Positions 1 through 11,658 of a stretch of DNA of 64,000 nucleotides are shown in pieces; positions within the stretch are counted from its first letter, which is position 1, and the number at the start of each line of letters is the position of its first letter. The position numbers and the translations under genes were made by a program. The notes under the pieces were generated by a model that ran no database searches, was not told where the DNA came from, and worked only from the letters and a program-made list of their open reading frames with translations. The DNA comes from Escherichia coli (lineage in GTDB: Bacteria > Pseudomonadota > Gammaproteobacteria > Enterobacterales > Enterobacteriaceae). The DNA is taken from NCBI RefSeq assembly GCF_013122565.1, contig NZ_CP053258.1. The stretch is one strand, 5' to 3'.

Positions 1-1
1 C

Positions 2-202
2 ATCATTGCCAGCGGTGAAAATTCAACGGTAGTGAGCACGGGCGTGGTCGACTCAATTATTCTCGGGCCAGGAGGAAGCGCCGCACTGGCATATCATGAC
101 GGCGAAAGAGTTCGTTTCGCCGTCGCCATTGAAGGTGAAAACAATATTCGAGCCGGAGTCCGCTATCGTCTTAATGAACAGCATCAGTTTGTTGAGTGCT
201 GA
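2..202 (+). CDS. ydhT: 3' terminal fragment (66 codons) of a gene truncated by the window start; probably ydhT by gene order
   Basis: Frame +2 is open from position 2 to TGA at 200-202 (translation IIASGENSTVVSTGVV...RYRLNEQHQFVEC, no internal stops); convergent with ydhS as in E. coli gene order; identity inferred from position, not from recognised sequence. Confidence 0.5.
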   Translation: MIASGENSTVVSTGVVDSIILGPGGSAALAYHDGERVRFAVAIEGENNIRAGVRYRLNEQHQFVEC

Positions 203-213
203 TAGCTTTACCT

Positions 214-1818
214 TTAATCAAACGAAAGACGCCGACGAGCACGGGATGCAGGTTTTACGACCGCCCGAGCCATCGCCTCACCAATTTCTGCACATGCCGT
301 AAGTCCCTGAACGAAAGGCTGGTCGTGCATTAACCAGGGCAACGCGCCGAACGCTACGCGCCCACGAATATCTTCGGGTTGCTGTAACGTATAATCTTCA
401 CCAACATCAGGGATTTCATCCCCTGTTTTCTGTAATTGTTCGCGTAGTCCAGGGAAAGGAATATCTTTCACTTTAAGCGGACGCTGCCCGCGGGCATCAA
501 TAAAAACGTCAAACGAGTAGCTGTTGTCTTCCGTTTTCAGGACGGTGCGCGACTCGTTAATTTCCATTTTGTAGTCTTCACCGAGAGCGAGAATATGAAT
601 GATTCCCGCTTCACGTAAGGCCAGCAGCCGACGAATAGACTCTGAAGGGATTGCGGCATAATTATCTATGAAAACCCGGGCAAGGCCTTTACTGAACCGT
701 TTATGGTCGTGTTCATTCAGATGTGGAACAATTTCCTGTACTGCTTCATGCAGGCGCAGAATGACATAACGCCAGGGAACAGTATGTTTTTCTCGTTTAT
801 TGCGTTCGACTTCCTGGAGATTTTTTTCTGCCCAGTCAAATGGGTCGCGTTGTTTGCGCTCGGCAAACCAGGCTTGAGCAAAGGAATCGACATTCAGGCT
901 CTCTAAGGCTATGCGTTGACTCCAGTCTGGATCAGCAAACTTGATTTCCTCTACTATCAATCTAAATACCCGATCCAAAAGGCCCTCTTCGCCTTTTTGA
1001 ATTTCAGCATTTAATGCCTGATCGGTGACGATGTGTAAGGGCTCGTAGGGAATAGGGCAATAGAAATCGGCTTCGGGTAAAATACCCGTGCGCGACATCA
1101 ACGTGATATTTAGCTTTTCACTTGCGTTATCGCGGTGAAAAACGACGTGTTGTTTATCATCTTCAATGAACGAACCATGCTGAATAGCCACTGCCATTGC
1201 CGCATCCAGTCCGCTCAAGGATGTTCCCATAATACCCACGTTACACGCATCGACCTTTGCTTCCATCAGGCCTGACCACGGGCTGGGAAAATACGTTCGG
1301 GTTGCTTCTTCTTCATCAGGCCAGACGTGACCCGTGGCAATCACCGCTAAATCAAACGTCTCGCTGGGTAAATCCTGATTTGTAGCGAGCATGACGCCAG
1401 CATTTGTAATTTGAAGATCGGTAACCTGGCATGATTCATAAACAGCCACTGCAAATTTTTGCTTTCGTGCCTGGTCTACTAATCTTAAAAATTGATCGCG
1501 GAAATATTCGCCCAGCAGAATTCGCGGTAAAAACTGACGATCGTGCAAGGTTTCTTTTTTAACGCCATAACGCTGGAGATGGCTGGCTTCTTGCTTTTGT
1601 AGCCATTCGAGATACGTACAATAAATCGGCGGTATTTCAATACTGGCAATATTTGCCAGCATCATTTTTGAGTTTTCCTCATCACTGTATGGCATCCCGA
1701 CACCGGCCTCGTCAGCCTGCTCGAAGATAGAAATAGAAAGTGGAGTTTGTTGCTGTAGAAGCGAGAATAAGGTGTAGATCCCCGTAGGCCCGGCACCCAC
1801 AATAGCAATTTTTTTCAT
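214..1818 (-). CDS. ydhS: FAD/NAD(P)-binding protein YdhS
   Basis: ORF track 534 aa; N-terminal MKKIAIVGAGPTG dinucleotide-binding motif; length and sequence match my memory of E. coli YdhS. Confidence 0.9.
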   Translation of the reverse strand: MKKIAIVGAGPTGIYTLFSLLQQQTPLSISIFEQADEAGVGMPYSDEENSKMMLANIASIEIPPIYCTYLEWLQKQEASHLQRYGVKKETLHDRQFLPRILLGEYFRDQFLRLVDQARKQKFAVAVYESCQVTDLQITNAGVMLATNQDLPSETFDLAVIATGHVWPDEEEATRTYFPSPWSGLMEAKVDACNVGIMGTSLSGLDAAMAVAIQHGSFIEDDKQHVVFHRDNASEKLNITLMSRTGILPEADFYCPIPYEPLHIVTDQALNAEIQKGEEGLLDRVFRLIVEEIKFADPDWSQRIALESLNVDSFAQAWFAERKQRDPFDWAEKNLQEVERNKREKHTVPWRYVILRLHEAVQEIVPHLNEHDHKRFSKGLARVFIDNYAAIPSESIRRLLALREAGIIHILALGEDYKMEINESRTVLKTEDNSYSFDVFIDARGQRPLKVKDIPFPGLREQLQKTGDEIPDVGEDYTLQQPEDIRGRVAFGALPWLMHDQPFVQGLTACAEIGEAMARAVVKPASRARRRLSFD

Positions 1819-1943
1819 TGTTACTTACCTGTACGCATTCTTTCGAATTTAGTGTTATCAGATAAGTTTGGTTGAGATTTTTAGAATTTGAGAAATTTCA
1901 GACAGGGATGAAAAGGGCGCTAACCGCCCTTGATTAAATTCTG

Positions 1944-2249
1944 TCAGGCGAGTTTTGCCTGATTGATTTGACTAAGTGGCTCATTGACATCGAAAACTTT
2001 GGCGACAACTTCCTCAACGCCGAGATTTTTCAGTCGGGCAGTATGTTTTTCCAGATAGGCAAGGGCGCTTTTTTCATCAGTGAAAAGGTAGATCCCACCG
2101 GCTTCGTGGTTCTTTTCACTTTCTGTCCATACCTTCCACAGAAAACCAGGTTCCTGATTAATCGACTCAGCAAGTGGTTTAAGCTGCTCAGCCATTGCGT
2201 CGCCAAATGGGCCATTAAAAGCAAAATGAAGTTGTAACAAAGTTGCCAT
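1944..2249 (-). CDS. ydhR: putative monooxygenase YdhR
   Basis: ORF track 101 aa; matches E. coli YdhR in length and position next to tRNA-Val pair. Confidence 0.85.
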
Positions 2250-2356
2250 AGCGATTCTCCTTCTGATAACGCATACGAAGACAGTGTAAATCTTTTAACG
2301 TATTGGATACAGAGAAGAAACAGAGGGAAAAAGGAGAAGACCAGATTAAGAAAATC

Positions 2357-2433
2357 TGGTGCGTCCGAGTGGACTCGAACCACCGACCCCCACCATGTCA
2401 AGGTGGTGCTCTAACCAACTGAGCTACGGACGC
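2357..2433 (-). tRNA. valW: tRNA-Val (anticodon GAC)
   Basis: Reverse complement reads GCGTCCGTAGCTCAGTTGGTTAGAGCACCACCTTGACATGGTGGGGGTCGGTGGTTCGAGTCCACTCGGACGCACCA; 77 nt with encoded CCA; anticodon loop CTTGACAT; valV/valW assignment by position only. Confidence 0.9.
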
Positions 2434-2437
2434 AGGA

Positions 2438-2514
2438 TGGTGCGTTCAATTGGACTCGAACCAACGACCCCCACCATGTCAAGGTGGTGCTCTAACCAAC
2501 TGAGCTATGAACGC
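2438..2514 (-). tRNA. valV: tRNA-Val (anticodon GAC)
   Basis: Second copy 4 nt from the first; reverse complement GCGTTCATAGCTCAGTTGGTTAGAGCACCACCTTGACATGG...AATTGAACGCACCA; 77 nt with CCA. Confidence 0.9.
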
Positions 2515-2821
2515 AACGTTGTAGGTGACAACGGGGACGAATATTAGCGGCAGAGTGGGAAGGTGGCAAGAGGCAAAACGTAATTTTCTGCGCTATTTCG
2601 ACCGTTTGCAGAGCTTTTAAGCAAATTGGCTATATTTTGTTGATTTGCAAGGGCGATTTTTATTCAGGATCGCATTTACATCCTATACAACCCAATAATT
2701 CGTGTATCAGAGTTTAAACAGAGTTGTTTGCCACCATCTCAAATCTGTCGTGGATAAATCCTCCGTAGCCTTTACACTTAGGTAGCAATAAAGGCACACA
2801 GATGCAGCAAAGGAATAAATC

Positions 2822-4078
2822 ATGGGATCTGATGCGAAAAACTTGATGAGCGACGGGAATGTGCAAATTGTTAAGACCGGCGAGGTCATTGGCGCGACGC
2901 AACTTACTGAAGGCGAGTTGATTGTTGAAGCTGGCGGAAGAGCCGAAAATACCGTGGTCACGGGGGATGGCTGGTTGAAAGTGGCAACCGGTGGGATCGC
3001 CAAATGCACACAGTACGGTAACAATGGCACGCTATCGGTCAGCGACGGTGCCATTGCCACAGATATTGTTCAGTCCGAGGGAGGCGCAATTAGTCTCTCT
3101 ACGCTCGCTACGGTTAATGGCCGCCATCCCGAAGGTGAATTCAGCGTTGATAAAGGTTATGCCTGCGGTTTGTTGCTGGAAAATGGCGGTAACCTGCGTG
3201 TACTGGAAGGCCATCGCGCGGAAAAAATTATTCTCGATCAAGAGGGCGGCCTGTTGGTCAATGGGACAACCTCAGCGGTCGTGGTAGATGAAGGTGGTGA
3301 ATTGTTGGTGTATCCAGGTGGGGAAGCCAGCAATTGTGAGATTAATCAGGGCGGCGTTTTTATGCTGGCGGGGAAAGCCAATGATACGTTGCTTGCTGGT
3401 GGCACCATGAATAATCTCGGTGGTGAAGACTCTGACACTATTGTTGAGAATGGAGCCATCTATCGTCTGGGGACGGATGGCCTTCAGCTCTACAGTTCCG
3501 GTAAGACGCAAAACCTGTCCGTTAATGTGGGTGGTCGGGCTGAAGTGCATGCCGGTACGCTGGAAAATGCGGTAATACAAGGTGGAACAGTGATCCTGTT
3601 GTCACCCACCAGCGCGGACGAAAATTTTGTCGTAGAGGAAGATCGCGCACCGGTTGAACTGACCGGGAGTGTTGCATTACTGGACGGCGCTTCAATGATT
3701 ATTGGCTATGGCGCAGATCTGCAACAATCAACGATTACTGTACAGCAGGGCGGTGTATTGATTCTCGACGGCAGTACGGTAAAAGGTGACAGTGTCACTT
3801 TCAGTATTGGTAACATCAATCTGAATGGCGGAAAACTGTGGCTGATCACTGGTGCGGCAACGCATGTGCAGCTGAAAGTGAAACGCCTGCGCGGAGAGGG
3901 AGCGATTTTCCTGCAAACCAGTGCGAAAGAAATTTCACCTGACTTCATCAATGTGAAAGGGGAAGTTACCGGTGATATACACGTTGAGATAACAGATGCC
4001 AGTCGGCAAACTCTGTGTAACGCACTGAAACTACAGCCAGACGAAGACGGGATTGGCGCAACGCTCCAGCCTGCGTAA
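2822..4078 (+). CDS. ydhQ: autotransporter-adhesin-related protein YdhQ (Gly-rich beta-helix-like repeats, no translocator barrel)
   Basis: ORF track 418 aa; Gly/Thr/Val-rich repetitive sequence typical of AidA-type passenger domains; length matches E. coli YdhQ. Confidence 0.85.
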   Translation: MGSDAKNLMSDGNVQIVKTGEVIGATQLTEGELIVEAGGRAENTVVTGDGWLKVATGGIAKCTQYGNNGTLSVSDGAIATDIVQSEGGAISLSTLATVNGRHPEGEFSVDKGYACGLLLENGGNLRVLEGHRAEKIILDQEGGLLVNGTTSAVVVDEGGELLVYPGGEASNCEINQGGVFMLAGKANDTLLAGGTMNNLGGEDSDTIVENGAIYRLGTDGLQLYSSGKTQNLSVNVGGRAEVHAGTLENAVIQGGTVILLSPTSADENFVVEEDRAPVELTGSVALLDGASMIIGYGADLQQSTITVQQGGVLILDGSTVKGDSVTFSIGNINLNGGKLWLITGAATHVQLKVKRLRGEGAIFLQTSAKEISPDFINVKGEVTGDIHVEITDASRQTLCNALKLQPDEDGIGATLQPA

Positions 4079-4118
4079 AAATACAGGCGCAACCCGTGAA
4101 GGTTGCGCCTTGTCTTTA

Positions 4119-5513
<1,395 letters not shown>

Positions 5514-5706
5514 TTATATGAGAGACTAAAAAGCCGCCTGAATGGGCAGCAAAAAGAAGAAGCAGGGGAAATTCAGTCTATTGTAGCGAGGATTTATTAA
5601 TTCTCCAGTGAAAAAATAGCCATTCTTACCCCTTCACTGGTAAGGGCGTTTGCCACCTGCTATTGTGCTGAACAGAATGTCTTAACTGATTTCAGGAGTT
5701 GTAAGT

Positions 5707-6348
5707 ATGTTTACGGGGATTGTACAGGGCACCGCAAAACTGGTGTCGATTGACGAGAAACCAAATTTTCGTACGCATGTGGTGGAGTTACCCGACCACA
5801 TGCTGGACGGCCTGGAAACCGGTGCGTCCGTGGCGCATAACGGTTGCTGCCTGACCGTGACGGAAATTAACGGCAACCATGTCAGTTTTGACCTGATGAA
5901 AGAAACGTTACGCATTACCAATCTTGGCGATTTAAAAGTGGGGGATTGGGTAAACGTTGAGCGTGCGGCGAAATTCAGTGATGAAATTGGCGGACACTTA
6001 ATGTCAGGTCATATTATGACCACCGCTGAAGTGGCGAAAATATTAACCTCGGAAAATAATCGCCAGATCTGGTTTAAAGTCCAGAATAGTCAGTTGATGA
6101 AATATATCCTGTACAAAGGATTTATTGGCATCGACGGTATTAGCCTGACCGTCGGCGAAGTCACGCCAACGCGTTTTTGCGTCCATTTAATTCCGGAAAC
6201 ACTGGAACGCACGACTCTTGGGAAGAAAAAACTCGGCGCACGCGTCAACATTGAAATCGATCCACAAACTCAGGCAGTGGTAGATACGGTAGAACGTGTG
6301 CTGGCGGCACGAGAATATGCCATGAATCAACCAGGTACAGAAGCCTGA
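5707..6348 (+). CDS. ribC: riboflavin synthase
   Basis: ORF track 213 aa; N-terminal [15 protein letters not shown] and internal duplicated lumazine-binding halves typical of riboflavin synthase. Confidence 0.92.
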   Translation: MFTGIVQGTAKLVSIDEKPNFRTHVVELPDHMLDGLETGASVAHNGCCLTVTEINGNHVSFDLMKETLRITNLGDLKVGDWVNVERAAKFSDEIGGHLMSGHIMTTAEVAKILTSENNRQIWFKVQNSQLMKYILYKGFIGIDGISLTVGEVTPTRFCVHLIPETLERTTLGKKKLGARVNIEIDPQTQAVVDTVERVLAAREYAMNQPGTEA

Positions 6349-6387
6349 TCTGAAATCGCCCCCGGAGAGGGGGCGATAGAATAGCCT

Positions 6388-7536
6388 TTAGCGAGCGACT
6401 CGAAGGCCGTTTTCAACACCGCGTGAGAACACCACCTGCCAGAGCTGAATATCACGGGCGCGGAAAGCACCTGCACAGGCATTCAGATAATAGGTAAACA
6501 TTCGTTTAAAGCGTTCACTGTAGTTATCCGCAATTTCTGGCCATGCGGCGAGGAATCGTTCATACCACGCCATCAACGTAGTATCGTAATCAGCACCGAA
6601 GTTATGCCAGTCTTCCATCACAAAGTGGGGTTCGCTGGATTGAGCAATCTGGCGTACAGAGGGCAGGCAACCGTTCGGAAAAATATATTTGTTAATCCAG
6701 GGATCAACATTCAGATCGGTTTTTTTCGAACCGATAGTATGGAGCAGGAATATGCCTTCCGGTTTCAAATTACGATCCACCACCGCAAAATAGGTATCGT
6801 AATTTTTCGGTCCGACGTGCTCGAACATCCCCACAGAAACAATACGATCAAACTGGTCGTTCAGGTCACGATAATCTTGCAGCAAAATGGTGACATCCAG
6901 GCCTTCACAGCGTTCCTGAGCCATTTTTTGCTGTTCGGCAGAAATGGTGACGCCAACCACGCTTACGTCATAGTTAGATGCCATGTAGTGCGCCAGTCCG
7001 CCCCAGCCGCAGCCAATATCCAGTACGCGCATCCCTGGTTTTAACTGCAATTTTTCACAAATCATTTTGAGCTTCGCCTGCTGGGCAGATTCCAGATTAT
7101 CGGCATCTTTCCAGTAAGCGCAGGAATATTGCATGAAGGGATCAAGCATGCGGCTGAACAAGTCATTACCCAAATCGTAATGCTCTTTGCCGACTATCCA
7201 GGCACGTTTTTTACTCTGCAGATTGAAGAGACGAGCGCCGGCAATACGTAGCGTGTCTTTGAAATGATGGGGGAGTTGGTTCTCGAGACCTGCGCGTAAG
7301 ACTTTGCTAAAAAACATATCCAGTCGGTCACATTCCCACCAGCCATCCATATAACTTTCGCCTAACCCCAATGAGCCTTCTTGCAGAACGCGTTTAAAAA
7401 AATCGGGGTTTTTCACACGAATATCCGCCGGGGCAGAACCGTTAATGGCTATACCGGCACGGCTAAGTAATTCGTTGGCGATACGGTACCAGTTGTCATC
7501 CGGTACACTGACTTCTTCTATACACGATGAACTCAT
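6388..7536 (-). CDS. cfa: cyclopropane-fatty-acyl-phospholipid synthase
   Basis: ORF track 382 aa; SAM-methyltransferase motif VLDIGCGWGG; matches E. coli Cfa. Confidence 0.92.
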   Translation of the reverse strand: MSSSCIEEVSVPDDNWYRIANELLSRAGIAINGSAPADIRVKNPDFFKRVLQEGSLGLGESYMDGWWECDRLDMFFSKVLRAGLENQLPHHFKDTLRIAGARLFNLQSKKRAWIVGKEHYDLGNDLFSRMLDPFMQYSCAYWKDADNLESAQQAKLKMICEKLQLKPGMRVLDIGCGWGGLAHYMASNYDVSVVGVTISAEQQKMAQERCEGLDVTILLQDYRDLNDQFDRIVSVGMFEHVGPKNYDTYFAVVDRNLKPEGIFLLHTIGSKKTDLNVDPWINKYIFPNGCLPSVRQIAQSSEPHFVMEDWHNFGADYDTTLMAWYERFLAAWPEIADNYSERFKRMFTYYLNACAGAFRARDIQLWQVVFSRGVENGLRVAR

Positions 7537-7826
7537 AGTTTCTCCATCACTGGTCGGTGATCAGAACCTTAAAACAGCGTAGACGCTTTTTGGGCTTTGT
7601 GAGAAATCTCGCAGAAAAAACCGCGAGTCTATAATCCGACGTAGAACAGAGGGAAAGGAGGAACCCTTGCCGAAATGACCATCCATAGTGAGTCGGGAAC
7701 GATCCTGTCCCCGTAAAAACATAATATTTATCGTAGCTTTAACAACTCGAAATTAGTATAGGCCGCTAATTTCAATCATACAACAAAATTTTGTTAGCAG
7801 CCTAAGTATAAGTATATCGATATAGA

Positions 7827-9038
7827 TCAGTGTGATTCGCTATGAGCGACTTCGGCATTGCCATGATTCTGGCAGCCAACTTCTTCACAACGTTGCATCA
7901 TGTAACCCAGCGCGACCAGCACTACTGTTGATAACATCACGCTGGTGGTGGTGAGCAATGGCGTGCTGATACTGATCAGCCAGGAAACTACCAGACTTGC
8001 GAGGAAGCACAGACCCAGTTGTAGAGTGTTCTGCAACGCTGCGGCGCGACCAGTTGCGTGTGGGAAGGGACGCAGCGCCTGGGCGACAACAATAGGGTAG
8101 ATCGCGCCATTAGCAATCGCCATCACACAGAATGGGATCAGGATTTCGACCAGCGACACATGGCTAATGAAGCCCGCAGCCCAGGTCGCAATGACGCTGA
8201 CAGCAAACAGCACCAGCAACCACGGTAATAACTGCTTGCCTTGCCATTTCTGCAGCGCGGCGCGACAGCCATAACCACCAATCAGAAACGCGATAGTTTG
8301 CGGGACATAACTTAAACCAATAACTGCCGGGCTGTAGCCCATTTCACTAAGGATGAACGGTGAACCGGTCAGCCATGCAAAAAAACTGGCTGAACAGGCC
8401 GCGTATATCAGCACGTTGCCGCGATAGGTTTTAGAACGTAGCAGGTCGGTAAAGGTCAGACCATCCTGACTATTGTTACGGGCCTTCGTCGTGGGTTTGA
8501 GCCAGAAAATAGGCAGAATCAGCACCACGGTAATGGCAAACAGGGTGGCGAAAATCGCCTGCCAGGAAAAATGGACCAGCAGCCAGCTTCCTAACAGAGG
8601 AGCCAGGGCCGGAGACAGACCCACCAGCGGCATGATGGTCGCAAAAATTCGGTTAACTTTCTGTGAAGGATAATAATCCGTCACTAACGCTTGCCAGATA
8701 ACCGCCGCGGCGCAGACCCCCACAGCCTGTACAAAACGCAATACCAGCAGCGTGGCGGCGTTTTCAACCCACAGCATCCCCAGACTACCTAACGCAAAAA
8801 TTGTCAGGCCGATTAATAATACCGGTTTACGACCATAACGGTCGGAGAGCGGCCCCCACAGAAGCTGGGCTGCGGCAAAACCGGCAAGGAACAGACTAAG
8901 GCTGGCACTGACAGCAGACGCAGGCGTTTGCAGGTCGGCCTGTATGGCGGCGAAAGCAGGCAGATACATATCGGTTGCCAGAAAACCGAGTACGCTCAAA
9001 CCCGCCAGCCAGACTAAAAATCTTTTCCCAGGTTGCAT
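7827..9038 (-). CDS. punC: MFS transporter PunC (formerly YdhC), purine nucleoside uptake
   Basis: ORF track 403 aa; 12-TMS MFS-like sequence; divergent from LysR regulator as in E. coli. Confidence 0.85.
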   Translation of the reverse strand: MQPGKRFLVWLAGLSVLGFLATDMYLPAFAAIQADLQTPASAVSASLSLFLAGFAAAQLLWGPLSDRYGRKPVLLIGLTIFALGSLGMLWVENAATLLVLRFVQAVGVCAAAVIWQALVTDYYPSQKVNRIFATIMPLVGLSPALAPLLGSWLLVHFSWQAIFATLFAITVVLILPIFWLKPTTKARNNSQDGLTFTDLLRSKTYRGNVLIYAACSASFFAWLTGSPFILSEMGYSPAVIGLSYVPQTIAFLIGGYGCRAALQKWQGKQLLPWLLVLFAVSVIATWAAGFISHVSLVEILIPFCVMAIANGAIYPIVVAQALRPFPHATGRAAALQNTLQLGLCFLASLVVSWLISISTPLLTTTSVMLSTVVLVALGYMMQRCEEVGCQNHGNAEVAHSESH

Positions 9039-9150
9039 GTATATTCTCTAAATCTCTCAATTAAACACCGCCGCAAAGTGTAGGGAGTGAAATTAGTGTT
9101 GTGAAACGGTAATATTTGATGACTGGTTTCAAAAATTTTGCAGGCAGACT

Positions 9151-10083
9151 ATGTGGTCAGAATATTCTCTCGAAGTTGTTGATGCGGTAGCGCGTAATGG
9201 TAGTTTTAGCGCTGCAGCCCAGGAGTTGCATCGCGTTCCTTCTGCGGTCAGCTATACCGTGCGTCAGCTGGAAGAGTGGCTGGCGGTGCCGCTCTTTGAA
9301 CGACGGCACCGTGATGTGGAGCTGACCGCTGCTGGAGCGTGGTTTCTCAAAGAAGGGCGCTCTGTTGTCAAAAAAATGCAGATCACCCGCCAGCAATGTC
9401 AGCAGATAGCGAACGGCTGGCGCGGTCAGTTAGCTATCGCAGTGGATAATATTGTCAGGCCAGAACGTACACGGCAGATGATCGTTGATTTTTATCGCCA
9501 TTTTGATGATGTCGAACTTCTTGTCTTTCAGGAAGTGTTCAACGGTGTCTGGGATGCGCTTTCCGACGGGCGCGTGGAACTGGCGATTGGCGCAACACGC
9601 GCGATTCCGGTAGGCGGTCGTTATGCCTTCCGGGATATGGGGATGCTAAGCTGGAGTTGCGTTGTTGCCAGTCACCACCCGCTGGCGTTGATGGATGGTC
9701 CGTTCAGCGATGATACGTTGCGCAACTGGCCGTCGTTGGTGCGCGAAGACACCTCGCGAACGCTACCTAAACGTATTACCTGGTTGCTGGATAACCAAAA
9801 AAGAGTTGTCGTGCCTGACTGGGAATCATCGGCAACCTGTATCTCGGCAGGATTATGCATAGGGATGGTGCCAACACATTTCGCCAAACCGTGGCTTAAT
9901 GAAGGGAAGTGGGTAGCATTAGAACTGGAAAACCCCTTTCCGGATTCGGCATGTTGTCTGACATGGCAGCAAAATGATATGTCGCCTGCGTTAACCTGGT
10001 TGCTTGAGTATCTCGGCGATAGTGAGACGCTGAATAAGGAGTGGCTGCGGGAGCCGGAAGAGACTCCCGCAACGGGTGATTAA
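9151..10083 (+). CDS. punR: LysR-family transcriptional regulator PunR (formerly YdhB)
   Basis: ORF track 310 aa; N-terminal LysR HTH region; divergent from punC. Confidence 0.85.
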   Translation: MWSEYSLEVVDAVARNGSFSAAAQELHRVPSAVSYTVRQLEEWLAVPLFERRHRDVELTAAGAWFLKEGRSVVKKMQITRQQCQQIANGWRGQLAIAVDNIVRPERTRQMIVDFYRHFDDVELLVFQEVFNGVWDALSDGRVELAIGATRAIPVGGRYAFRDMGMLSWSCVVASHHPLALMDGPFSDDTLRNWPSLVREDTSRTLPKRITWLLDNQKRVVVPDWESSATCISAGLCIGMVPTHFAKPWLNEGKWVALELENPFPDSACCLTWQQNDMSPALTWLLEYLGDSETLNKEWLREPEETPATGD

Positions 10084-11105
10084 CGACGATAGTCGCGGAA
10101 CGGGCCGTCAGCCACGGAACGGCGTTCAATCAAGCGCGGATGCACTTCAATGGACTGCGGTTCTTCACGTTTGTTGACGATACGATCCAACAGCATGTTG
10201 AACGCTGTTTCACCCAGCGAATCTTTTGGCTGATGGATCGTGGTCAGCGACGGCGTAAAATAGCGTGCGTTGCGCACGTTATCATAACCGATCAGCGAAA
10301 CATCCTGCGGGACGCGCAGCCCCATTTCATCAGCAGCACAAAGTGCGCCCATTGCCATGATATCGCCACCACAGAAGACGGCAGTAGGGCGATGCGGCTG
10401 CGACAGGATTTGCTGCATGGCGCGATAACCGGATTCAGGTTCAAAGTCACCCTGCACAATCCAGCTTTCCGGCACCTTGATCATCGCTTCTTCCATCGCC
10501 TTCATAAAACCGGCAAGGCGGCCTGCGCCGGTGTTGCGCTCCAGCGGGCCGGGGATGACGCCGATTTCGCGGTGACCGCGTTCAATCAGATAACGCCCGG
10601 CCATGTAGCCGCCTTCGAACGCGTTATCAATGACCGCATCGGTGAAGTCAGCTTTTGCTTCACCCCAGTCCATGACCACCATTGGGATATGGCGATACTC
10701 TTCCAGCATCGCCAGCAACGGCTCTGGGTACTCAGAACACATCACCAGCAGACCATCGACGCGTTTTTGCGCCATCATCGACAGATAAGCCCGCTGTTTC
10801 TCAAGATTGTTCCACGCATTGCCCAGAATCAGGGTGTAACCTTTCTGGAAGCAATTTTTTTCAACTGCTTCAATGATCTCGGCAAAATAGGCCGCTTCGC
10901 TGCTGGTCGCCAGCAAACCGATAGACTTGGTGTGGTTAACCTTCAGGCTACGCGCCACCGCGCTAGGGGAGTAGTGTAATTCTTTAATCGCTGCCCACAC
11001 GGCGTTGCGCGTTTCTTCAGCGACGAAACGTGTTTTGTTGATCACGTGTGACACAGTTGTAGTGGAAACGTTTGCTCGTTTCGCTACATCTTTTATTGTT
11101 GCCAT
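10080..11105 (-). CDS. purR: purine repressor PurR (LacI family)
   Basis: ORF track 341 aa; N-terminal [36 protein letters not shown] matches PurR HTH. Confidence 0.95.
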   Translation of the reverse strand: MATIKDVAKRANVSTTTVSHVINKTRFVAEETRNAVWAAIKELHYSPSAVARSLKVNHTKSIGLLATSSEAAYFAEIIEAVEKNCFQKGYTLILGNAWNNLEKQRAYLSMMAQKRVDGLLVMCSEYPEPLLAMLEEYRHIPMVVMDWGEAKADFTDAVIDNAFEGGYMAGRYLIERGHREIGVIPGPLERNTGAGRLAGFMKAMEEAMIKVPESWIVQGDFEPESGYRAMQQILSQPHRPTAVFCGGDIMAMGALCAADEMGLRVPQDVSLIGYDNVRNARYFTPSLTTIHQPKDSLGETAFNMLLDRIVNKREEPQSIEVHPRLIERRSVADGPFRDYRR

Positions 11106-11149
11106 TCCATTTCACTCCAGACCCTAACTTCAGCTCCTGCAAAATCGCA

Positions 11150-11165
11150 AGGTAAACGTTTGCCT
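11150..11165 (-). promoter_or_regulatory. PurR box-like operator in the purR leader (autoregulation)
   Basis: Plus strand AGGTAAACGTTTGCCT, i.e. minus strand AGGCAAACGTTTACCT, matching the PurR consensus core GCAAACGTTTnC; about 45-60 nt upstream of purR start codon. Confidence 0.6.
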
Positions 11166-11403
11166 TTACACACCTTACGCACAACAAAAGTGTTGCGGTA
11201 CGCCGGAAAAACGACACGGAGCGTCAGGAAGGGGTCAATGGCCAGTACGCAAATAGTGTAAGCGTGGAATTTTGGCCGATCTTGACGAAAAGGGGAAGTG
11301 GTAAAAACACTTATCATTATAAATGACGGGAGATTTTTTCATCACAGTGTGTAAAAATGCGTAATATCACTTTTTGTGTGGTAATAAAAAAGGAGAAAAC
11401 TTG

Positions 11404-11493
11404 ATGAGCACCGACCTTAAATTTTCACTGGTAACAACGATTATCGTCCTCGGTTTGATCGTAGCCGTGGGTTTGACTGCCGCGCTGCACTGA
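11404..11493 (+). CDS. ynhF: small membrane protein YnhF (29 aa)
   Basis: ATG at 11404 preceded by AGGAG about 8 nt upstream; translation MSTDLKFSLVTTIIVLGLIVAVGLTAALH, single hydrophobic helix; matches known E. coli small protein in purR-ydhP intergenic region. Confidence 0.75.
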   Translation: MSTDLKFSLVTTIIVLGLIVAVGLTAALH

Positions 11494-11658
11494 TTTCCAC
11501 TCGAGGGAGCGCGTTCTCCCTCGCATCTCCTTCCTGTTTGTTAGCAAAATGGCAAAAGTGTTTTCTCTTTTTGTTATTTTCATTTTTTTGTGATTGCTGT
11601 CATGCTTTCGCCACTTTAATGAATATCGCGTAATGACGCGAAGAGGTGGAGATAAGGC

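Noticed and set aside
96-302. 68-aa plus-strand ORF at the window start
   Set aside because: It is in a different frame from the clean protein-like frame that ends at 200-202 (probable ydhT C-terminus) and runs antisense into the ydhS 3' end; no RBS and no recognisable product
2318-2359. Possible terminator hairpin CCAGATTAAGAAAATCTGG downstream of the tRNA-Val pair
   Set aside because: Only a 6-bp stem that overlaps the tRNA 3' end; weak
10140-10979. 279-aa ORF antisense to purR
   Set aside because: Fully contained within the well-supported purR coding region on the opposite strand; His/Arg-rich nonsense translation
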